Assembly: GCA_001800315.1 (NCBI GenBank)
Contig: MGVE01000013.1
Location: 2,238-66,237 of the forward strand
Direction of reading: 5' to 3'
DNA length: 64,000 nucleotides
DNA from: Elusimicrobia bacterium RIFOXYA2_FULL_47_53
GTDB taxonomy: Bacteria; Elusimicrobiota; Endomicrobiia; Endomicrobiales; XYA2-FULL-47-53
The notes below the pieces were generated by a model. That model was not told where the DNA came from and searched no databases. It saw nothing but the letters and a program-made list of their open reading frames with translations. This document shows, piece by piece, positions 52,725-60,941 of the stretch. How positions within the stretch are numbered: the first letter of the stretch is position 1; every line of letters starts with the position of its first letter. Both the position numbers and the translations under genes were made by a program.

Positions 52725-53216
52725 CTATTGAATTTCAAATATAGTTGTTTTATTGAGATTATTTTTATCCTGTTCCACCTTAAAACTAAACTGATTTTGA
52801 CTTTGCACTACATAGGCTTTATTATGAAGGTTAAATTTTCCAGGGAACTGTTTTAAGGCAACAACTTTTCTATTTTTAACCAACAGAAGGAATACACCAT
52901 CGTTTTCCTGGTTATATTTAGCAATTGATTTTGCCAAACCCTGATCTACCTTGCCTGTTTGCATCAGAAATTGTTCACTTAATGAATAACCTTCTGTCAA
53001 AATCAAATATTGAATATTAAATCTATTTGGTATCGTAATTGTAGTGCCCGTTCTTACTGCGGCAAGATTTTGCACAATTTCGTTAGCATAGTCTCTATAT
53101 TTTGTATTTGAATTATGCTCTATTTTCCTTAGCATGAATACAATAAGGATACATGCTATTGAAAATATAATGAGCCAGAAAATACTTTGGACGATATGTT
53201 TGATAATAATTTTCAT
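52725..53216 (-). CDS. Membrane-anchored hypothetical protein (163 aa)
   Basis: N-terminal TM (IVQSIFWLIIFSIACILIVFML). AT-rich. Its 3' part is duplicated as a pseudogene at 47281-47563. Confidence 0.55.
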   Translation of the reverse strand: MKIIIKHIVQSIFWLIIFSIACILIVFMLRKIEHNSNTKYRDYANEIVQNLAAVRTGTTITIPNRFNIQYLILTEGYSLSEQFLMQTGKVDQGLAKSIAKYNQENDGVFLLLVKNRKVVALKQFPGKFNLHNKAYVVQSQNQFSFKVEQDKNNLNKTTIFEIQ

Positions 53217-53447
53217 AAAAATCCGTTTCTCTTTGATAAAATATTATTTATTTAAGCTTTTTAAGTTTATCCAACTTACCCATTATTTCATCTGAAATTC
53301 TATCCTCATCAGTTATGTCATTATTTTTGAGATCTTGCCATTGAATATATCTGACACATGAATCAAAAAAAAGGCTTACCGTAATTACAATGGCAAGCGA
53401 AATTCTACATTGAATATTTTGAATCCTTAACTACTAAATGCTTTAAC

Positions 53448-53900
53448 CTAAGGTATTTTAAATGTCACGATATCGCTTATTCTCTTATATCCATCACCAA
53501 AATAACAACTCATATATGCTTTATACTTACCAGGGCTTGGAAACCTAAACTGAGTACTAGTTGCAGCATTCCTAGTGAGTCTATGAGCGTCAGTTTTTGC
53601 ATCAACAATAACCCAGCTAATACTATGATTTATTATATCCTCATCTAAGACATCTCTATTCAGGGTTCCTTCATCATCTACCCAAAGACGAATAAATGGC
53701 GCTGGATCATGCAACTTTTCAAGTATTTTCCTTTCTATGCCAACTTGCTTAACTTTTTGCCATTTAACTTTTATCTCTATTTCCGTCACTCTATTTTCAA
53801 GCTTCTGTATTTGAGTATCAAATGGTTTATTACCCTCATAGCATTTGACAGATAATTGGCTCAATATTATAACAGCAATAACCAAGAATGTCTTCTTCAT
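53448..53900 (-). CDS. Secreted coiled-coil protein with C-terminal beta-sandwich-like domain
   Basis: 150 aa. Signal peptide, heptad region IQKLENRVTEIEIKVKWQKV, and a C-terminus ...GKYKAYMSCYFGDGYKRISDIVTFKIP related to the C-terminus of the next gene's product. Confidence 0.55.
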   Translation of the reverse strand: MKKTFLVIAVIILSQLSVKCYEGNKPFDTQIQKLENRVTEIEIKVKWQKVKQVGIERKILEKLHDPAPFIRLWVDDEGTLNRDVLDEDIINHSISWVIVDAKTDAHRLTRNAATSTQFRFPSPGKYKAYMSCYFGDGYKRISDIVTFKIP

Positions 53901-53907
53901 AGAGAAC

Positions 53908-54621
53908 CTATTTAATCTTATAACTCACAACATTACTAATTACTTTATAACCACCATCGATAAACTGTTCCAAATATACAGTGTAAACACCTTTTTTATC
54001 ATTTTTGTACTTAAATGATTTCGCTACTCCACCGGATTCGTAAACGGTATTCCCATTGTAGATAATAACCAACATGGCATTACTTCCTGTATCATTTTTG
54101 ATATCACCCATATGAATAGTGTTGTCTTTATCAACCCATATTATGACTGAAGTCTGGGTTGGCTTGTAATTTTCCTTCAGCCTCTTCCTTCGATCATCCT
54201 TTTCTCTATTTGGTTTTTCGATTTCGGCTTGGTGAATTTCAAGACCATATAATTGTTTTTCTAATTCTGACACCTTGTCTTCCAATACCCTGATTCTCGA
54301 TGCGGATTGAGATTGCTCCTGCTTATCTTCAAGAGTGACAATATTTACAATGATATCCTTTTCCCGACCCGACAACCTACTATCACTAAAGTTCTTGTCA
54401 GGTTTATACCAAACCTGGCTAGAAAAATACTGATTTAAATCACTATTATCAAACATCTTTCCATGCCTTGCATAAATTTCGTTTTTCAAAAGACGAAGTT
54501 CTTCGATACTTTTTTCTCCAATGTTGTCATATTTCGCAAGCCAATCCTCAGCATATAGTCCTTGCAAGACGAATAAACTTGCAGCGAAAAGATACCACAG
54601 CACAATGTTTTTTTTATTCAT
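53908..54621 (-). CDS. Secreted YARHG-domain protein with coiled coil and C-terminal beta-sandwich-like domain
   Basis: 237 aa. Signal peptide. ELRLLKNEIYARHGKMFDNSDLNQYFSSQVWYKP (YARHG motif). RIRVLEDKVSELEKQLYGLE coil. C-terminus ...GVYTVYLEQFIDGGYKVISNVVSYKIK. Confidence 0.6.
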   Translation of the reverse strand: MNKKNIVLWYLFAASLFVLQGLYAEDWLAKYDNIGEKSIEELRLLKNEIYARHGKMFDNSDLNQYFSSQVWYKPDKNFSDSRLSGREKDIIVNIVTLEDKQEQSQSASRIRVLEDKVSELEKQLYGLEIHQAEIEKPNREKDDRRKRLKENYKPTQTSVIIWVDKDNTIHMGDIKNDTGSNAMLVIIYNGNTVYESGGVAKSFKYKNDKKGVYTVYLEQFIDGGYKVISNVVSYKIK

Positions 54622-54642
54622 ACATTCCTACCCATAAATACT

Positions 54643-56055
54643 CTAATCTGCAAAACATAAACCTTCAAAATAGTCCCCGGGATATTCCCTTAAATAGTTT
54701 ATACTAAACCAGCCTTTTTCACCATTAATATTTTCAACAAGGCACCATTCTTTATCATCTGTCATAGTAATTGTAGCCTTGTCTCCAGGCATTAGCACCA
54801 AACTAATTCGAGAGTCATATGGCGTTTTTTGAAGCTTAAGCTCTTTTAATATAGCGACCTTTGTATTCATCTCAATAACACCTTGCTGAATTGGTTCAAC
54901 CTTATGATCTTGATTTAGCCTATTTCTTTGTTTATAGAACCATGTATGCAGTATATTTCCTCTTTCATGGGAATCAAAAGTACCCGAACCATCAATAACT
55001 ACTCCGTATCTGAGTAAACCACCAACTGTGCCCATGGGAACAAATTCACTATCATTGTAATAATAGAAACTTGTGCTGTAATCATCACTGGGCCCCTCAT
55101 CATCCATTGCTACTTCTATATATTTATCACTTTTATCTATATCAACAAAGCCCCAAGTGGAACCAGTCCCAACCACCGGGAGATAGGCATTATTAACAAC
55201 AAGGATGTCACCCTTAGCCTCGATAATATAAACATTTTCTTCTTTTCCATCACCATTTAAATCTACACTCTTCATTTTATATAAGCCATCAAATACTTCT
55301 GCAGTGCTCATTCCTATACCCCGAATAATATGAAACTTATCGATTGCAAACCATCCCTTCAAGCCATCCGTGTTTTCTATCATACACCATTCAATCTTAT
55401 CCGTTTTAATAATTTTTGCTTTATCTCCTGTCTTAAAAGTACAAGCTATGCGAGCATCTATAGGCGAAACTTGAAGCTGAATCGGTTTTTTCAACACCAC
55501 ATCAATGTCAACATCATATTGGTTACTATTTGTCGTAATTTCTTCAAGTAAGTGTTCTTTTGTAAGCCTATACATCGGAGTAAACATCTCGCCAGATAAT
55601 AAATTCGCCCTAATAGCTCCCTTTACTATCCCTGTACCATCAGCCACAATCTTATACGATTTTTCAATAGCCCCCATATCGACTATTATATTTCTATCGA
55701 ATGACAACAATTTTACTGTATTATCATAGCTTTTACCATAACAATATGTCTCTATTTCCACAAATTTGTCATTTTTATCAATATCTATTATTTTGTAGAA
55801 ACTGTAAGGGTTCCATACGATTTTTGCAGCTTTTTTGTCATTTATATATAGAAATGTAACATTCCGGTTTTCCTCCTGCTCATAACTGACTCTTATTTTT
55901 TCATTCCTACCATCCCCATCCAAATCAATTTCTTTCTTGAATTTATCAGTAAATTGAGTGGGATCAAATTGATTGACTTCAGCGCCAGCGTTCACATACA
56001 TCAATATAGACAATAATATTACAAAAACGACATTCTTTCCTATTCCAAATCTCAT
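54643..56055 (-). CDS. Secreted protein with an internal tandem duplication: DxDxDG Ca-binding-like loops plus SH3b-like domains
   Basis: 470 aa with a signal peptide. Two roughly 215-aa repeats, each with DLDGDGRNE / DLNGDGKEE, IDIDKNDKFVEIE / VDIDKSDKYIEVA and GDKAKIIKTDKIEWCMIENTDGLKGWF / GDKATITMTDDKEWCLVENINGEKGWF. Confidence 0.6.
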   Translation of the reverse strand: MRFGIGKNVVFVILLSILMYVNAGAEVNQFDPTQFTDKFKKEIDLDGDGRNEKIRVSYEQEENRNVTFLYINDKKAAKIVWNPYSFYKIIDIDKNDKFVEIETYCYGKSYDNTVKLLSFDRNIIVDMGAIEKSYKIVADGTGIVKGAIRANLLSGEMFTPMYRLTKEHLLEEITTNSNQYDVDIDVVLKKPIQLQVSPIDARIACTFKTGDKAKIIKTDKIEWCMIENTDGLKGWFAIDKFHIIRGIGMSTAEVFDGLYKMKSVDLNGDGKEENVYIIEAKGDILVVNNAYLPVVGTGSTWGFVDIDKSDKYIEVAMDDEGPSDDYSTSFYYYNDSEFVPMGTVGGLLRYGVVIDGSGTFDSHERGNILHTWFYKQRNRLNQDHKVEPIQQGVIEMNTKVAILKELKLQKTPYDSRISLVLMPGDKATITMTDDKEWCLVENINGEKGWFSINYLREYPGDYFEGLCFAD

Positions 56056-56234
56056 TGCAAACCCTTTTTTTGCTATATCTTATTACCAGCTCGTTCTGTT
56101 CGAGAATTGTATCAGTAAAATAGCACGAAATCAAGTTCAATAAATATTACTATATCCACATATAAATTTCCCAATAAATACAAAAAAAAGAAAACCACAC
56201 ATATTCAATCGTTTTATCGACGGACTTAAAAGTC

Positions 56235-56444
56235 AAAACTCTGGTGGTAGGAGTTTCTCCCCTCACCCATCCTCTTGGGGGCTTCGGGGCGGGGCGCTCA
56301 CCGACTCCCCTTCGGTCCAGGGCTCGTGCCGACACTCTCCCGCGCCTGTCTTATCCTGACCTATTCGTCAGGATAGGCGCCCCACTGCTATCACGAGCTC
56401 GTTATTCCTCGCTCAGCAGCCCTGCAACCCTGCGGGTTGTAGTC
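56235..56444. repeat. Repeat Y, copy 2
   Basis: Starts with aaaactctggtggtagga (an exact copy of the tRNA-Asn 3' end, 56239-56252). Ends with the 19-nt core (56426-56444), which runs directly into repeat X copy 2. Confidence 0.8.
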
Positions 56445-56622
56445 AAATCTTGTCACTTGAGTTTTGGTTTCGGGGGTTATTCGCGTAACGAGAGATTAAG
56501 ATTTCAAGCGAAACAAAAAGAAACTTTGCCGCGGCGTAGCAACGCTACGAAAGGCAAAGTTTCTTAAAGTTGCAGCTGAAAGATTAATCTCGCAGTAGAG
56601 AATAATCCCCGAAACCAAAACT
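56426..56622. repeat. Repeat X, copy 2
   Basis: Same outer stems as copy 1 (56460-56482 / 56598-56622). The apical region is shorter, and the terminal hairpin is cgtagc-aa-gctacg. Confidence 0.8.
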
Positions 56623-56960
56623 CTGGTGGTAGGATGCCCGCCGTTGGCGGGGACTCGGTCACAAGTAAATTTGCTGACGCAAATTTCTCGCGGGCACCCC
56701 TTCCATCACATATCCCAGCGGGACACCGCTCCGCGGTTTCCCCTACCCACTTCTCGCGGTTTGAGCCTTTCGCTTCGCTCAAACTCAAACATCGCTCCGC
56801 CTTTCGAATCCTACCGCCTTTCAATTGCATTATTTTAGTTAGCAATTGAAAGCCCGGGTTCTCACGAACTCGAACCCGCGCATTATCTCGCCTCCAGTTC
56901 CCAAATGCCATTCAGGCATTTAACTCTCGGCATGCGCCCAAGCAGTTGGCTTGCTCCACC

Positions 56961-57011
56961 AGAGAAATAAATATCCCAAGTTCACTCCGATTAGGAGTTA
57001 ACTTGGGATAT
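56961..57011 (-). terminator. Intrinsic terminator downstream of tRNA-Asn
   Basis: 12-bp stem atatcccaagtt/aacttgggatat (56971-56982 / 57000-57011) with an inner actcc/ggagt stem, followed on the minus strand by TTATTTCT. Confidence 0.55.
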
Positions 57012-57012
57012 A

Positions 57013-57084
57013 CTCTGGTGGTAGGATTCGAACCTACAACCCTCCCGTTAACAGCGGGATGCTCCACCGTTGAGCTACACCAGA
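57013..57084 (-). tRNA. tRNA-Asn (anticodon GUU)
   Basis: Hand-folded cloverleaf on the minus strand. Acceptor TCTGGTG/CACCAGA, D arm GCTC-AACGGTG-GAGC, anticodon arm TCCCG-CTGTTAA-CGGGA, variable loop GGGTT, T arm GTAGG-TTCGAAT-CCTAC, discriminator G. CCA is not encoded. Confidence 0.95.
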
Positions 57085-57241
57085 ATGTTTGCAACGATAT
57101 TTATTTTAACCGCTCAACGGTGGAGTAAACTCCACCTGCCGTTGAGCCGGGCGCTCACTTCTCGCGCCCGCCGCTGTCTCGCGCTCGTTATCCCTCGCGC
57201 TGCGGCTACCAGAATGTTTGCAACGATATTTATTTTAACCG
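57074..57241. repeat. About 37-39-bp direct repeat flanking a 92-bp hairpin insert just upstream of tRNA-Asn
   Basis: gctacaccagaatgtttgcaacgatatttattttaaccg (57074-57112, includes the tRNA 5' end) is repeated as gctaccagaatgtttgcaacgatatttattttaaccg (57205-57241). The intervening 92 bp contains the hairpin ctcaacgg-tggagtaaactccacctg-ccgttgag. Confidence 0.7.
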
Positions 57242-57249
57242 GCACGGAA

Positions 57250-57516
57250 TTACCTGAAAATCAGAGGATAATTCTCTAAATTTGAAAGTGACTTGATACT
57301 CAAATCAATATCTAATTTAGGCCAGTACAAATGCTGTGAATGAACAACCTTAACTTCAGCTATATCGCTTACCCTTGCATCTTTAAACCACGGGAAATCC
57401 TCGTATCTCAAAAAATACTCATGGCCGGCGCATAAAAGCCACAACCCCCGCGGAGTAATATCCAGGACTTCAGCGCCTGAAATGTTTTTTCCAGCTACTC
57501 CTGATTTCACTTTCAT
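57250..57516 (-). CDS. DUF2442-family small protein
   Basis: 88 aa. ...VLDITPRGLWLLCAGHEYFLRYEDFPWFKDARVSDIAEVKVV...LYWPKLDIDLS fits the DUF2442 pattern. The exact start is uncertain (47-nt overlap with the upstream gene). Confidence 0.6.
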   Translation of the reverse strand: MKVKSGVAGKNISGAEVLDITPRGLWLLCAGHEYFLRYEDFPWFKDARVSDIAEVKVVHSQHLYWPKLDIDLSIKSLSNLENYPLIFR

Positions 57517-57721
57517 GCTCCTTGACTATTTCCTGAATTTTCAAAAGCTCCCGCGCAGACAGCCCGTAATTCTCGGCCAGGGAAACGATCGGATCAATCC
57601 AAAATTTCGCCTCGCCTTTTGAGGACTGCACATGAACATGCAGCCTTTTCTCTTCACGCGAAAAGAAAAAGAAACGATATTCACCTTTTCGGAACACGGT
57701 TGGGCTCATAAAAGTTTTCAA
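57470..57721 (-). CDS. DUF4160-family small protein
   Basis: 83 aa. YRFFFFSREEKRLHVHVQSSKGEAKFWIDPIVSLAENYGLSARELLKIQEIV fits the DUF4160 pattern. Confidence 0.65.
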   Translation of the reverse strand: MKTFMSPTVFRKGEYRFFFFSREEKRLHVHVQSSKGEAKFWIDPIVSLAENYGLSARELLKIQEIVKEHESEIRSSWKKHFRR

Positions 57722-57781
57722 GACAGCATAACTGCGTTTCCAGGGAAGCAGTCAAATTTCAATCTAATTTAAACTTACCGC

Positions 57782-58708
57782 TTATGACGCCTGGCCGCAC
57801 AATTTTAGCAATTTTTCCCACTTGCGGTCAACCTCTATCTGCATTGCGTCAAGGATTCCCTTATTCTCGGGTTTGAACAAATGCTTAAATCTGCCCTGGG
57901 GTTTAAGGAATTCAACGATGGGCTTTTTCTCTTTCGGCTTCATGCTGAGCTTGTATTCGCCGTTAACGACTTCATAAACCGGCCACATGCATGTCTCAAC
58001 TGCCATTCTGCCGAGCACCATGGTATCTTCGGGTTTGTAGGCCCAGCCCAGGCGGCAGGGCTGAAGCACATTTATAAATGAAGGGCCGTCGGTAGCGAGA
58101 GCTTTCTGAACTTTAGAAATAAAATCATTCCAGTGCCCGACGACAGACTGCGCGACATAAGGTATCTCGTGGGCAACCATTATCGCGGTCAGGTCTTTGC
58201 GGTTCTGTTCCTTGCCCTGTTTAACTTTTCCGGCCGGAGCGGTCGTTGTGTGGGCTCCCAGAGGCGTTGCGCCGCTTCTCTGAATACCGGTGTTCATGTA
58301 GGCTTCGTTGTTGTAGCAGATATAAAGCATCTTGTGTCCGCGTTCCATGGCTCCGGAAAGGGACTGGAGGCCGATATCGTAGGTTCCGCCGTCACCGCCG
58401 AAGGTTATGAACTTTATGTCGCCTTTAAGCTTGCCCTGTTTGAGCAGGCTTCTGTAGGCCGATTCCACTCCGCTCATGGTCGCGCCGGCGTTTTCAAACG
58501 CCGAGTGAATGAAAGGGACTTTCCACGCGCTGTAAGGGAATATTGTGGTGGAAACCTCAAGGCAGCCTGTCGCGCTTCCGATAACTACGGGCGTATCGGC
58601 GGCAAGCAGCACCTGACGGGCAATGGCGCCGGCTCCGCAGCCTGAGCAGAGGCGGTGTCCGCCGGTCAGCAAATCTTCTTTTTTACATAATTCTTTTAAA
58701 TTAGCCAT
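57782..58708 (-). CDS. porB: 2-oxoacid (pyruvate):ferredoxin oxidoreductase, beta subunit
   Basis: 308 aa. N-terminal CSGCGAG. TPP-binding GGDGGTYDIGLQSL. Confidence 0.85.
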   Translation of the reverse strand: MANLKELCKKEDLLTGGHRLCSGCGAGAIARQVLLAADTPVVIGSATGCLEVSTTIFPYSAWKVPFIHSAFENAGATMSGVESAYRSLLKQGKLKGDIKFITFGGDGGTYDIGLQSLSGAMERGHKMLYICYNNEAYMNTGIQRSGATPLGAHTTTAPAGKVKQGKEQNRKDLTAIMVAHEIPYVAQSVVGHWNDFISKVQKALATDGPSFINVLQPCRLGWAYKPEDTMVLGRMAVETCMWPVYEVVNGEYKLSMKPKEKKPIVEFLKPQGRFKHLFKPENKGILDAMQIEVDRKWEKLLKLCGQAS

Positions 58709-58754
58709 CTTTCTTCTCCTTGCCCGCCGAAAAGACGGGCTTGACGATTAAGTT

Positions 58755-59954
58755 TTATCGCAGATTAATATATTTCAGAATTTCGCCGACCTTAGCTCCG
58801 TCTTTTATCTCTACAAGCCTGTCAAAGACTTCGCCGACATGCTCAAGCGTTATGTCTCTGCCGCCGAGGCCGTAAACATAGTTTACAACCTTGGGAGCCT
58901 TGCCGCCTGAATGGGTGAAGAGCGCCGATGTAACCTCGGCGTAAAGAGGGGCGGTGCTTGCCGCGCAGGAATCCGAACGGTCTAAAACAGCGACGGCTTT
59001 AACATTGGCAAGGTCTTTCGCAAGCTCCTGATGCGGGAACGGGCGGAAAACCCTTATCTTTATCAAGCCGGCTTTAACGCCTTTCTCTCTGAGCTCGTCT
59101 ACTACGACTTTGGAGGTGCCTGCCGCGGAACCGATAATGACAAGCGCGACCTCGGCGTCGTCCATGCGGTATTTTTCGTACAAGTCGTATTTTCTGCCGA
59201 ATTCCTTTTCAAAATCTTTGGCGACATCAAGTATTATCTGTTTTGATTTGTTCATCGCGTCCGCCAGCTGGTAGCGGTGTTCAAAGTAGTAGTCCTGAAG
59301 GTCAAGTGCTCCGAGCGTATAGGGCTTTTTAACATCAAGAAGCGCTCTCTCGGGCTTGTATTCACCCACGAATTTCTTTACCATATCATCCGGCATGGTT
59401 TCAACGACTTCCATGCAATGGCTGATGATAAATCCGTCAGTCGTGACCATCGTGGGAAGCTTTGCCTGCTCGGCTATTTTCATGCCCTGAATCATATTAT
59501 CATAAGCTTCCTGCGAGTTTTCGGAATATATCTGAATCCATCCCGCGTCGCGAGCGCCCATGGTGTCCGACTGGTCGCCGTGAATGTTTATAGGGCTTGA
59601 AAGCGCGCGGTTAACAACGGCCATCACTATCGGGAGCCTCAGGCCGGCGGCTATGTAAAGCATCTCCCACATAAGCGCAAGGCCCTGCGAGGAGGTGCCG
59701 GTCATGGTGCGTGCGCCGGCGGCTGACGAGCCTATACAGGCCGACATCGCCGAATGCTCGCTTTCCACGGCCACATACTCCGTAGGAACCACGCCGTCTG
59801 CCACAAACTGCGAAAAAATCTGAACTATTTCCGTTGCCGGTGTAATCGGGTAAGCCGCGACGACATCGGGAGCGATCTGGCGCATAGCTTCGGCCATGGC
59901 TTCATTGCCGGTCTTGGCTACTATTTTTCCTTTTGGATTAGTTGTAAGAACCAT
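58755..59954 (-). CDS. porA: 2-oxoacid (pyruvate):ferredoxin oxidoreductase, alpha subunit
   Basis: 399 aa. GNEAMAEAMRQIAPDVVAAYPITPATEIV is typical of POR alpha subunits. Confidence 0.85.
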   Translation of the reverse strand: MVLTTNPKGKIVAKTGNEAMAEAMRQIAPDVVAAYPITPATEIVQIFSQFVADGVVPTEYVAVESEHSAMSACIGSSAAGARTMTGTSSQGLALMWEMLYIAAGLRLPIVMAVVNRALSSPINIHGDQSDTMGARDAGWIQIYSENSQEAYDNMIQGMKIAEQAKLPTMVTTDGFIISHCMEVVETMPDDMVKKFVGEYKPERALLDVKKPYTLGALDLQDYYFEHRYQLADAMNKSKQIILDVAKDFEKEFGRKYDLYEKYRMDDAEVALVIIGSAAGTSKVVVDELREKGVKAGLIKIRVFRPFPHQELAKDLANVKAVAVLDRSDSCAASTAPLYAEVTSALFTHSGGKAPKVVNYVYGLGGRDITLEHVGEVFDRLVEIKDGAKVGEILKYINLR

Positions 59955-59965
59955 TTAATTTCTCC

Positions 59966-60271
59966 TTATTTCTTTTCTGCTTCCATAATAATCGCTTTTA
60001 CGGGTTTTACCGGGCATTCTTTCGCGCAGATTCCGCAGCCCTTGCAGTGTTCAAAATCTATACCTGTCATTTTGCCGTCTTTGACTATGATTGACGAGTC
60101 GGGGCAGGCGATCCAGCAGAACATGCAGTTTATGCACTTGCCGCCGTCCCACACCGGTTTCTCGGTGCGCCAGTCGCCCGTGATAAACTTCGCGGCCGTA
60201 CCGGCTTCAAGAAGATCGCCATCCGGTAATTCTTTCCATGATAGTTTCTTTTCTTTTTCCCTGGTTTTCAC
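59966..60271 (-). CDS. porD: 2-oxoacid:ferredoxin oxidoreductase, delta subunit (2x[4Fe-4S] ferredoxin)
   Basis: 101 aa. Motifs CINCMFCWIACP and CKGCGICAKECP. Confidence 0.85.
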   Translation of the reverse strand: MKTREKEKKLSWKELPDGDLLEAGTAAKFITGDWRTEKPVWDGGKCINCMFCWIACPDSSIIVKDGKMTGIDFEHCKGCGICAKECPVKPVKAIIMEAEKK

Positions 60272-60343
60272 TTTTCATTCTCCTGTATTAATTTGGCATC
60301 GCCTTCCCCGGCTTTTAAAAGGCCGGAGCGCGCTTGTATATTA

Positions 60344-60928
60344 TTAGGCGCCCTGCACTTCGTTGAACGCCCTGCGGATAGACTGAAGGTTGCCCTCTAT
60401 AACCTGGGGTTTGTGGCGGAACTTCAGCTCAAGTTTTTTCTTAGTGTCGTCTAAAACGCTCTCAAGGTTTAAATCTCCGACTACTTTGACAAGCGCTCCG
60501 AACATCGGGGTGTTGGGTATGTTCATGCCGATAGTTTCAACCGCTATCTGGGAGGCGTTGACCACATAAACCTGGCTGGAAGGAATGCCCAGATGTTTGG
60601 CGGTATCTTCAACGGAGAAAGATGTATTGACAATAACTTTCCCCTTTCCGCCGATCCCGTCTGTTACCGGCACGGAATCCATGAGGCTTGGATCCAGAAT
60701 AACAACAAAATCCGGCTCCGTAACCGCGCAATGAACCGTAATGGGGCTGTCGCTTATGCGGTCAAAAGACTGCACCGGCGCTCCCATTCTTTCCGGTCCG
60801 TACTCCGGGAAAGCCTGCACATACTTACCAGTCGCAAGCACTGTCTCCGCAAACAACAACGCCGCTGTCTTGGCGCCCTGTCCGCCGCGTCCGTGCCAGC
60901 GGATTTCAATCATCTTTTTCTCTGCCAT
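60344..60928 (-). CDS. porG: 2-oxoacid:ferredoxin oxidoreductase, gamma subunit
   Basis: 194 aa. Motif IEIRWHGRGGQGAKTAA. Confidence 0.85.
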   Translation of the reverse strand: MAEKKMIEIRWHGRGGQGAKTAALLFAETVLATGKYVQAFPEYGPERMGAPVQSFDRISDSPITVHCAVTEPDFVVILDPSLMDSVPVTDGIGGKGKVIVNTSFSVEDTAKHLGIPSSQVYVVNASQIAVETIGMNIPNTPMFGALVKVVGDLNLESVLDDTKKKLELKFRHKPQVIEGNLQSIRRAFNEVQGA

Positions 60929-60941
60929 GTGGCCGCTCCTT

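Noticed and set aside
52206-56911. Track ORFs 52206..52541, 56244..56567, 56564..56911, 56626..56849 and 56912..57128
   Set aside because: They coincide with repeats X/Y, the hairpin-rich spacer or the tRNA gene itself. The similarity between the first two is a by-product of the Y repeat.
56616-56960. Possible tmRNA or other tRNA-like RNA on the minus strand. The ends of this segment (tctggtgg... ...ccaccaga) could pair like an acceptor stem, and a GCTCCACCA string occurs on the plus strand near 56951.
   Set aside because: There is no T-arm (GGTTCGAATCC-type loop) next to the 3' end, no recognisable tag-peptide reading frame, and no resume codon context. The pairing is explained by att-like duplication of the tRNA-Asn end.
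47200-57300. Search for an integrase, transposase or RAYT gene that could explain the mosaic zone
   Set aside because: None of the ORFs of 60 aa or more in either strand shows tyrosine- or serine-recombinase, DDE or HUH motifs. The mobility hypotheses therefore rest only on repeat architecture.
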